Source: Octopus sinensis
Taxonomy: Eukaryota
Direction: 5' to 3'
Assembly: GCF_006345805.1 (NCBI RefSeq)
Contig: NC_043000.1
Location: 152,768,001-152,832,000 of the forward strand
Length of the DNA: 64,000 nucleotides
Part shown: in pieces, positions 54,498 to 64,000 of the stretch
Layout of the letters: each line of letters begins with the position of its first letter
Position numbering within the stretch: the first letter of the stretch is position 1
Notes under the pieces: generated by a model
The model's input: only the letters and a program-made list of their open reading frames with translations
What the model was told of the DNA's origin: nothing
Database searches by the model: none
Made by a program: the position numbers and the translations under genes

Positions 54498-54689
54498 TAT
54501 ATAATATAACTGGAATATCTCTGGAGTTATTTCTTTTAATTACCGAAAAAAAATTGAAATAATGTTATTCATTAATGTTGCTATATTATTTCCTGCTCGT
54601 ATTTTTAACACTCCCTGCAATAAGTCTGTTGGAACTAATTTCACTTAGTTGTTTTTGTTGACTTTAAAATGGTCTCTATTGAGTGTTAC

Positions 54690-54805
54690 CTTTTATAGAT
54701 TTTTCTTGTTTCTGTTGGTCTATCAACAACTTTTCAGGGAGCGGTACTTGGTCGTCTATTGACGAATATCCATCTTTGCGTCTCTGGTACTTCGATTTGT
54801 ATTTC
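54690..54805 (-). CDS. Slob: Slob/PXK-like pseudokinase exon (KYKSKYQRRKDGYSSIDDQVPLPEKLLIDQQKQEKSIK)
   Basis: ttttcttgctttag acceptor, gtaaca donor, 116 nt (phase 2 to 1), in frame with the 53450 exon. Confidence 0.7.
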
Positions 54806-54959
54806 CTAAAGCAAGAAAATAAACGAAAGAAAAATATAAGTTCTGTCATTCAGTATCACCAGAGTCATGACGGCTAAAACAAATTACAGTTCTAATTTTT
54901 TTACGAACGGCCGCAAACATGATGCACTTCATAATGCAGCATCAGGAATCTCTAACTCC

Positions 54960-56075
54960 TATTAGCTTTGGCAGATCCTCATTTGCCTATCGTGTCCTTT
55001 TGCCTATAACATCAATACAGTTGTCTATAACATCAATACACGAAATATGATATCTGATATAGCCTGTCGTTCAGTACTATAGCCGCGACTAGCAAGGCCT
55101 AGCCTTCGTAGTAGAGCTGAATGAAATGTGTCCGTAATTGTCTTTGGTCTTATGTTCACACCATGAGATGCTTTTGAGCTCCCATAAGAAGTCTGGTGTA
55201 CCATCAATGCGATCTTGAAGCTCCTTCATACCCAGATTTCGGCTCCATTGAGAGGAATGCTCTCTACTCATACCCTGAAGAAGGCAGACCTTGTTGACTT
55301 TGAAACGCTTAATTACTGGGTATTTTGAAGCTTGTTACAGGCACTCTAGGCATGTCCTTTGTGTGTAAGGGAGTCTTTTTTCTTTTACTATCAGCAACAT
55401 ATGATCCAAAGTACTTAAAGCCATTAACTCTTTTTAGTCATGTGCTGTCGTTGAAGTAAATTGGCGGGTAGCTTTTTTCTTCGTTGATGGTCCTGTATTC
55501 AGTCTTTACATTGAGAAACAGGTCATCTTTAGTTGCAGAGTTCTCGTGGGATGTTTACCTCTTGTACATCATACTTTTGATGAGTTGTGAAGGCAATATC
55601 ATCAGCATGGTCAAGATTAGAGAGATGCAGGCTCTTCTGGTGTCTTAATTGATTCTGCTTGATTGTGAGGCCTTGTCTGCGATGGGGACAAGACTTTCTC
55701 TAAAGATGTAGTCCACCACACCCACAAAGAGAAAATGACCTAGGCTGACCCCATGACTGATTTCTGTTGTTGTTGGAAACTGTTTTGTTGGACCATCAGT
55801 ACTTTGACGGATTTTCATACACGACGGTGATGACTTTCTCGTCTGGAATATAGTAGTTCATGAGAATAAGTAACCAAGACATTTTGTTGATATTTACAAA
55901 TACCCTGGTAAAATGCACAAATACGACTGATGGCTTTTGCTTGGAGATTGTAAACTCCTCTGTAATTTTTCTAAAGACAAGGATCTGTGGTAGTGTTGAT
56001 CTGCTTTTGCGAAAGCTGTTTTGGTTCCGACTGAGAGAGGGGTCATAGAGTTGTAGATATTTAAGGCGAAAGATT
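54960..56075 (-). mobile_element. Decayed RTE-clade LINE reverse transcriptase
   Basis: VHFTRVF, GVSLGHFLFVGVVDY and DHADDIA (YADD equivalent, about 55595-55615), with downstream similarity to the 45515 copy. Confidence 0.75.
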
Positions 56076-56244
56076 AGAGCTTGCATGCGCGTGAGCGCAT
56101 GTATGTATGTATCTATTGTATGTGTGTGAGTGTATATATGCATGTACATAGGTATCTGTGTATGTTTGTTAGTGTGTGTATGTATGTACATATATATACT
56201 TATGTATGTATGTATGTATGTATGTATGTATGTATGTATGTATG

Positions 56245-56868
56245 TATGTATGTATGTATGTATGCCATTATTCAGTTTTATTTCAAGATTTCTTGGCAAT
56301 AGAGAAAACCGGTTTCTAACCTAGATCTAAGGCTCCTTCATTTGAATTTCAACAACATCAACAGGGTATTTTTGAATGTATGTATGTATGTATACGTGCA
56401 GATATTTATGTTTTGTTTTATGTATGTCTTCTCATACATATACTCGCATATCTAGATATGCTCACATATATTTAAATGATAAACTTCTGAAAAGTTTTAC
56501 AGATTTTTACAGTTCCAGCGATGACTTGGATCAGTAGTCTTTGAATCAGCTTCTTCCTTACTGGGCTTGAGAAGCCTAATTTCTCAAGATTGGTATTTTG
56601 GCAGTGTGTCACACATCCCAGTGTCCCAATAATTACAGGTACAAACCTGAACTTGCAATCTGATTAGAGTAATTGCAGATTTCTCAGTAGTTCAGCGTAG
56701 GTGTTCTATTTTCCACTGATCTTCAGCTGTATGTTAACATCTGCTGGGCAGCTGATTTCCATAACTGTACATAGTTTCTCTTCTCTATTCCAAATCATAA
56801 TATCGAGTCTGTTGTGTGTACATTTTATTGAGGTTTTCTCTGGGACATTTCACCAGTACTACTGTATA
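56245..56868 (-). mobile_element. R4/Dong-type LINE 3' end with 3' UTR and (TACA)n tail
   Basis: KCTHNRLDIMIWNREEKLCTVMEISCPADVNIQLKI...PVIIGTLGCV...GTVKICKTFQKFII*, then UTR and microsatellite tail. 5' side interrupted by a SINE. Confidence 0.8.
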
Positions 56869-57088
56869 CTCTCTTTTTACTCTTTTACTTGTTTCAGTCA
56901 TTTGACTGCGGCCATGCTGGAGCACCGCCTTTAGTCGAGCAAATCGACCCCGGGACTTATTCTTTGTAAGCCCAGTACTTATTCTATCGGTCCCTTTTTC
57001 CGAACCGCTAAGTGATGGGGACGTAAACACACCAGCATCGGTTGTCAAGCAATGCTAGGGGGACAAACACAGGCACACAAACACACAA

Positions 57089-57140
<52 letters not shown>

Positions 57141-59016
57141 GACAGGCTTCTTTCAGTTTCCGTCTACCAAATCCACTCACAAGGCATTGGTCGGCCCGTG
57201 GCTATAGTAGAAGATACTTGCCCAAGATGCCACGCAGTGGGACTGAACCCGGAACCATGTGGTAGGTTAGCAAGCTACTTACCACACAGCCACGCCTATG
57301 TATGTATGTATGTATGTATGCATGCATGCATGCATGTATGTATGTATGTATGTATGTATGTATGTATGTATGTATGTATGTATGTATGTATGTGTGGAGG
57401 CACATGGCCTAGTGGTTAGAGTAGCGGACTCGCGGTCGAGGGATCGCGGGTTCGAATCTCAGACCGGGCGATGTGTGTGTCTATGAGCGAAACACCTAAG
57501 CTCCACGCGGCTCCGGCAGAAGGTAATGGCGAAACTTCTGCTGACTCTTTCGCCAAAACTTTCTCTCACTCTTTCCTCCTGCATATTTCAGGCTCACCAG
57601 CGACGGACCGGCGTCCCGTCCGGGTGGGGAATTTATACGCCAAGGAAACCGGGAAACCGGCCCTTATATGAGACAGGCATGGCTCGAGAAGGAACAAACA
57701 AACAACAACTGATGTATGTATGTATGTATGTATGTATGTGTATGTATGTATGTATGTATGTGTGTATGTATGTACGTGTGAGGCATGTGTGTTTACGTAT
57801 TGCTGGCTGATCGTGTGTTGCTGTGGAAATACCCATTTATTTCTTTATCTCCCTTTATTTTACTTATTTCATTTATCATACCGATTAATTTTATTTGCTT
57901 TAGCTTCTCTTATCTATCTTCACAATTCTTCTATTAAATCCCGCCTTTTCCCCCTTCTACTTAATCGCTCCTTTCCCTAGGGTCTCTACCACGTTCACCC
58001 TTTCCTCTAAAGGCCTATCTTACAGACTTTCCGATATCTCACCTTGCGTATATGTGTATGCATATATATGGAGCGGGGCGAGGCATGCGTGTGCTTACAC
58101 ATGTGCGTGCGTATAAGTATTTATGTACATACACATCACTGCGTGGAGGTGTGTATGTCTGTCTACTCACATTCATGTTTGCTCAGTGTGTGTTTATGTT
58201 TGTCTATATGTATTGGTGTCTATATGTATGTATGTATATAATTCCGTATACTAATATATTTTGTCTTCAAATTTTGTAAATATATACTGTTGTGTGTGTG
58301 TGCGTGTGTGAAATGTTTGTGTGTGTGCGTGTGTGAAATGTTTATGTGTGTTTTGTATGTGTATGTGTATGTGTATGCGTGTGTGAAGGGTTTATGTGAG
58401 TTTTGTATGTGTGTGTGTGTGTGTGTGTGTGAATGGGTCAGAGGATGAAAGTATGCTGCCATTTATATGAATGTGTATCTGTGCGTCTCTGTCTATGTAT
58501 GTATGTATTATGTATGTATGTACGTACGTATGTATGTACGTACGTATGTATGTATATATCTACCTATTGATACACACACACACACACACACACCATATTT
58601 TAACGTGTATAAGGAACTTCCTAATTTTTGGAGCTTACAATTTGGAAAAAAAGGGTTTGTAATTGATTATAATACTATCCATGTATAAGAAACTCCCGTA
58701 TTTACTTAACCTAATTTTTGACAAAAAGGGGTTCCTTACATACGTTAAACTACGGTTGTATATATATATATATATATATATAGGGAGAATTCACAAAAAA
58801 CAAAAAAGACTAAGACAGGTGGTGTGTAGACAACAAACATGTATTAGTATAACGTTAGATGAATATGGTACTTAAGTTAAGGCACCAGAATTTAGTATTG
58901 TATTATCCATACAATTTCAAAGTAAGGTGATTAAAATCAAAATAAGCAACAAGGATATCCAGAGGTAATACAGTAATTGCATTACTTCTGGATATCCTTG
59001 TTGCTTATTTTGATTA

Positions 59017-59397
59017 TCTCTCTCTATATAAACGGCAGTTTGTCTGTGCGTGTTTCTGTGTGTCTGTTTGCTTGTACCCTCACCCTGACCACGGCTTTCA
59101 ACCGATTCTGATGAAACTTGACACACACATAGCCCAATGTCATAATTCAAAACTAACGCAGCGAAAATTTTGAAAAGTTCCCCCAGTTCTGAAAAAAATC
59201 GATAAATTCGACATGGGGTCGAGAATCAGAAACACAAACCGCAAACTGTCTAGGGGACGCAACTCCACCTTTTTACTCTCAAAAAAATTTACCATCATTT
59301 TTTTCCATTTTTTGGCTATTTTTTGGCTATAACTCTCTAAAAATGCTTTATAGTTATTTCCCTTACAAACCTGAGCAACGCCGGGCGATACTGCTAG
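59017..59397 (+). mobile_element. Non-autonomous Helitron (3' end shared with the 54105 copy)
   Basis: A|TCTCTCTCTATATAAACGG... to CCTGAGCAACGCCGGGCGATACTGCTAG|T. Confidence 0.78.
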
Positions 59398-59410
59398 TAT
59401 ATATATATAA

Positions 59411-60255
59411 TCCCCAGCATCAGTGTCGGCGACCACAGCTTGCAGGTGGTGAACGAGTTCACTTACCTGGGATCGACGGTCTCCAGCAGCCTGTCCCTCG
59501 AGCCGGAGCTGAACAGACGGATTGGGAAGGCTGCTGCTGCCATGGCTAAGCTCTCCAGGAGAGTGTGGGAAAACAACATGCTCACAATAACCACCAAGAT
59601 CGCAGTGTACCGAGCCAGCGTGCTGAGCACCCTACTCTACGGCAGCGAGAGCTGGACAACATACACCCGGCAGGAATGCCGCCTCAGCGGCTTCCACATG
59701 CGGTGTCTTCGACGGATCCTTGGCATCTCCTGGAAGGACCGAGTACCAAACGGAGTCATCCTGGAACAAACTAATATGCATGCCCTCCTCGTGCGGAGAC
59801 GACTGCGCTGGCTCGGACACGTCTGCCGCATGCAGGACGGTCGCATGCCTAAAGACATCCTGTACAGCGAACTCACCACGGGATCCCGACCCAAGGGACG
59901 TCCACAGCTACGATACAGGGATGTGTGCAAGCGCGACCTGAGGACTGCCAACATCTGTGTGGAAACGTAGGAGGAAACAGCTGCTGACCGCTCTGCCTCG
60001 CGTCGGACAGTGAGGAAAGGCGTTTCCATGGCTGAGGAAAGGAGAGCACAATTGTGGTTGGACAGGCGGGACAGGAAGAGGACAACTGCAGCAACACCCC
60101 AGACGTACCCATCGATGTTCGTGTGCAGCAACTGTACCAAGGACTTCCACTCCACAATTGGACTGTTCAGTCACAGCAGACGCTGCTCGTCATCAAAGTA
60201 GGCCCCACCCTTGGCGCAACCCATTGTCTATCAAGACAGACGGGGAAAAACAAAC
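59411..60255 (+). mobile_element. Young GC-rich RTE-clade LINE 3' part, 5'-truncated, with C-terminal zinc finger
   Basis: QVVNEFTYLGS...TLLYGSESWT...RRRLRWLGHVCRMQDGRMPKDILYSEL...; one in-frame TAG where W is expected, then CSNCTKDFHSTIGLFSHSRRC*. Confidence 0.92.
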
Positions 60256-60456
60256 ATATATATATAATTCGGTTAAAGGTCATGCTAGCCTTATGAAGGG
60301 ATGGTGTCATCCAAGGGAGTATTGGTTCCATACCTAATATTTTGGGGATAATTGATATCCATAAAATAGGTTTGTATATAAACCTATGTAAATAAAGAAG
60401 AAAATGGAGATATTGAAGTTAATAAGAGTTTATTATCAGCAACAAACCAATCATTA

Positions 60457-60539
60457 TCCCTTACAGCTGTTTCGGGTATACATAGAGAAATGAATTAAAT
60501 ATTAAAATTATATTTCTGAGCATAATCTCTTCAGAGGGA
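60457..60539 (-). ncRNA. Hammerhead motif, inverted partner of 60631-60713 (helix II partly decayed)
   Basis: TCCCT-CTGAAGA-GATTATG...ATACCC-GAAA-CAGCTG-TA-AGGGA. Confidence 0.65.
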
Positions 60540-60630
60540 AAAAATATACCCTTAAATATTTTGTGCATTTGTTTGTAGATTTATGATGAGTCTACAAACA
60601 AACACACAAAATATCTAAGGGTGCATGTTT

Positions 60631-60713
60631 TCCCTCTGAAGAGATTATGTTAAGAAATATGATTCTAATATTTAATTAATTTCTCTGTGTATAATCGAAA
60701 CAGCTGTAAGGGA
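60631..60713 (+). ncRNA. Type I hammerhead ribozyme motif, fully paired
   Basis: TCCCT-CTGAAGA-GATTAT...ATAATC-GAAA-CAGCTG-TA-AGGGA. 5-bp helix I, 6+ bp helix II, palindromic helix III ACAGCTGT. Predicted cut after A60708. Confidence 0.82.
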
Positions 60714-61810
60714 TAATGATCGATTTGTTGCTGATTATAAACTCTTACTAACTTCAATATCTCCATTTTCTTCTTCTTCTTCATTTATATATGGCTATTC
60801 AACTTTGTAAAGTTAAGCCACGGGCTTCAGGAAATAATAGATAACAATCTGAAAGAAGCCATGCAATGTTGCAACATTGTATACAAAATACAAATGTTTG
60901 GAATTTTCTTTTACTTTCGAATAGCCATTGTAGGGAGTACTGCACACACTTGGTAGGATCTGCCGGTAAGAAACGCCTGTAGTTATTTGCGAAAGTTGCG
61001 TTATTAACATGCAAGCTTGCAGCGCTTAAAATTAGAAGGAAAGGAAAAGAATGAACGCTCTTGCCAGTATACTCTTTTACTCTTTTACTTGTTTCAGTCA
61101 TTTGACTGCGGCCATGCTGGAGCACCGCCTTTAATCGAGCAACTCGACCCCGGGACTTATTCTTTTTGTAAGCCCAGTACTTATTCTATCGGTCTCTTTT
61201 GCCGAACCGCTAAGTAACGGGGACATAAACACACCAGCATCGGTTGTCAAGCAATGCTAGGGGGACAAACACAAACACACAAACACACACACGCATATAT
61301 ATATATACATATATACGATGGGTTTCTTTTCAGTTTCCGCCGACCAAATCCACTCACAAGGCTTTGGTCGGCCCGAGGCTATAGTAGAAGACACTTGCCC
61401 AAGGTGCCACGCAGTGGGACTGAACCCGGAACCATGTGGTTGGTAAACAAGCTACTTACCACACAGCCACTCCTGCGCCTTTCATGATCTTTCATGATTT
61501 TGTATATCTGCACCTTGGAAGATACCTAAATTGGTTTGGTTGTATAATGACGAAGTTTGACATAATCATTAACGATCTGCCGTAGTAAAAAGTCATGACT
61601 TTTAATTGAAATCGAAGACGATAAAAATGAAACTATTTACTACGAATCAATCTGCCCTTCACTGTTATTAAACAATAATGTGTTGCATATCTAAGATTTT
61701 TATTATTTATTACCACAAGGTTAGATTCATGAGGTCCACGTAAATAACTTAGCTTGCGATTAGTATGTCAGAATATAACTCAGCTATGTTGCTTTTATAC
61801 ATTTCTACAC

Positions 61811-61965
61811 CTGTCAGGTGGGTAACTAGGGCATGGGAGATGGGTGATGCTTTTTATGGGGCCAACACTTTTGGATCTGCTGTCTAAATCTGATAGAAGT
61901 GGGAGCTGTTCTGGACGGCGCACATTCCAGTCACTGATATCTGCATTTGTTGATATGAGTCGTAC
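61811..61965 (-). CDS. Possible upstream exon of the Slob/PXK-like gene (VRLISTNADISDWNVRRPEQLPLLSDLDSRSKSVGPIKSITHLPCPSYPPD-R)
   Basis: ttttacatcag acceptor, open frame, weak gtgtag donor. 155 nt ending in phase 2, as required by the 54805 exon. No homology support. Confidence 0.45.
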
Positions 61966-62336
61966 CTGATGTAAAATGAATATCTTTAAAAGTCGAAATC
62001 GAAGTTGAACGCAGATAAAACCTTTCCATATAAGAAGATATTTACTTAACCTTAAGCTTGGAATAAAATACTTACCATATACACCAGGCAATACATACAG
62101 CCATCACGATGAGCACGAATATTGTAGAGACGAGAAACAGCTGAAAAAGACGAATATATATATTAATTTAATATAAATTTGAATAGTAAAATTTGGTGGG
62201 AGGCATTTAATGTAAAGATGCACGTGTTATTGTGAGTATCTAAGTGTTTGTGAGTTTGTGGATATTTTGGGCATGAAAATGTTTCGTCGGTGCATTTTTG
62301 ATATATGTCACACTTTATACATACATACATACATAC

Positions 62337-62368
<32 letters not shown>

Positions 62369-62399
62369 CACATACATACACATACACACACACACATAT

Positions 62400-62445
<46 letters not shown>

Positions 62446-62510
62446 TATATACATATATATACATATACATATATATATATACATATATATATACATATAA
62501 TATATATATA

Positions 62511-62554
<44 letters not shown>

Positions 62555-62706
62555 TAGAGAAGAACCACCAAGTAGCAATTCAACAATGATATAACAATGA
62601 TGTAATTAAATCTTACCATATAGAAAAAAATTAAATATGATAAAACATATACCAATAATTAAGTAAAGTACAAAATAATAAACAAATAGCATATAATTGG
62701 TAAAAA

Positions 62707-62787
62707 GACTACACGTGTTTCGTGGCTATATTTTCAAACTGATAACAGTAAAATCAATTCAATTTAAATATAGTCACTCTTCAGGTC
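62707..62787 (-). ncRNA. Type I hammerhead ribozyme motif
   Basis: GAC-CTGAAGA-GTGACTATATTT...AAATATAGCCAC-GAAA-CACGTG-TA-GTC. Long helix II, palindromic helix III ACACGTGT. Predicted cut between 62710 and 62709. Confidence 0.8.
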
Positions 62788-63265
62788 CAAGATAAAAACA
62801 ATAAAATAATTAAATAACTTACGTATAAATATATATAAAAATACGAAATTTTACAATAAAAATCGAACAAAATACAATAATATGTCTTAAAATAAAAACA
62901 CGAAATATCTTAACGAATATTATTCTCTTAACTAAATCTTGAAACTTAGTACATAGGACTACAATAAGTAGTAAATAGTAATAAAAAAACTACGCGCGTA
63001 GACTTTTTACTACTATTTACTATTTATTGTACTTCATTGATTTTTAGAATAAGTTTTTTTTTATAGTATATGTTTTCTATTTGATGTGAATAATATCTTT
63101 CTTTATTGAATTGTTTAATAGAGGTTTTTCTCTCAATTATATACATATATTATATATTGTGAAATTTGATTTAAAATTGTTAAATTGAATTTTCCCCTGT
63201 AAGTTTTGGAATTATATTCCCTACTATTATACATACACACACACACACACACACCCACACACACA

Positions 63266-63310
<45 letters not shown>

Positions 63311-63311
63311 T

Positions 63312-63343
<32 letters not shown>

Positions 63344-63353
63344 TGTATGTATG

Positions 63354-63390
<37 letters not shown>

Positions 63391-63438
63391 CATATATATA
63401 TATATATATATATACATATATATTATATATATACATAT

Positions 63439-63468
<30 letters not shown>

Positions 63469-63472
<4 letters not shown>

Positions 63473-64000
63473 GGTGAGTCATAAAATAATGCCATTTTGT
63501 TTAGGACAGGTATAATTACCAGCACAGGAGCATGTATCATACATCAAAATGCAGCTGGTCTTCTGAGGATCACATTCCTACTTCTCAACATAGTCACCGT
63601 TTCTCTCATTAGCAATGTTCCACCTTCGAATGAAAGCATGTATCCCTGCCCCGTAAAATATTTTGTTGACTGTTCTGTGAGCCACTTCTTCACTACCTCC
63701 ACACTCACCAGATTTAGCGCCTTCAGACTATCATCTCTTCGGCGCCACGAAAGAGGGTTTGAGAGGCAGACGTTTTTCCAGTGACAAGGGAGTGAAAACT
63801 GGAGTGAAGAACAGTCAACAGAATTTTACGGGGCAGGGATACATGCTCTCATTCGAAGGTGGAACATTGCTAATGAGAGAAACGGTGACTATGTTGAGAA
63901 GTAGGAATGTGATCTACAGAGGACCAGCTGCATTTTGATGTATGATACATGCTCCTGTGCTGGTAATTATACCTGTCCTAAACAAAATGGCATTACTTTA
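63469..64000. mobile_element. Mariner-derived fold-back MITE
   Basis: TA|TGAGGGTGAGTC TIR start; about 190-bp inverted arms (63484-63675 / 63810-64000); the centre encodes PHSPDLAPSDYHLFG (mariner YSPDL motif). Confidence 0.85.

Noticed and set aside
55262-55305. CTGAAGA...GAAAC hammerhead-like string
   Set aside because: It lies on the antisense strand of RTE coding sequence; helices I and III do not pair.
59968-59970. TAG at a conserved Trp codon repairable by A-to-I editing
   Set aside because: The element is 5'-truncated and antisense to the host gene; a plain G-to-A mutation explains it.
60799-61125. Minus-strand ORFs as the first exon of the Slob-like gene
   Set aside because: They start inside a SINE or end in a stop without a suitable phase-2 donor.

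Overview
Very AT-rich, microsatellite-dense animal genomic DNA. The SINE, Penelope and LINE families suggest an octopus; this is inferred, not shown by the sequence. Two spliced minus-strand genes can be rebuilt by hand from GT-AG sites with consistent phases. One is the 5' end of a WDR64-like gene (coding exons 7462-7600, 4289-4419, 2450-2552, running off the left edge). The other is a Slob/PXK-family pseudokinase with a C-terminal proline-rich tract and WH2 motif (11 firm exons between 54805 and 31880, plus a possible upstream exon at 61811-61965). The rest is mostly repeats: several tRNA-derived SINE families (many with TSDs), fragments of RTE, CR1 and R4/Dong-type LINEs, Penelope-like (PLE) remnants, Helitrons, and mariner and other MITEs. 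The most interesting non-genic signal is a panel of minimal type I hammerhead ribozyme motifs from several unrelated repeat families (9149, 9698, 10261, 51501, 60457, 60631, 62707, plus CCGACGA core variants). Each has a palindromic helix III with a 0-2 nt loop, implying dimer-dependent folding. Most sit in fold-back elements next to (TA)n tracts, and several lie sense-strand inside the pseudokinase locus. Almost all long ORFs in the supplied track are microsatellite artefacts. Repeat boundaries are approximate; exon and ribozyme coordinates were counted by hand.
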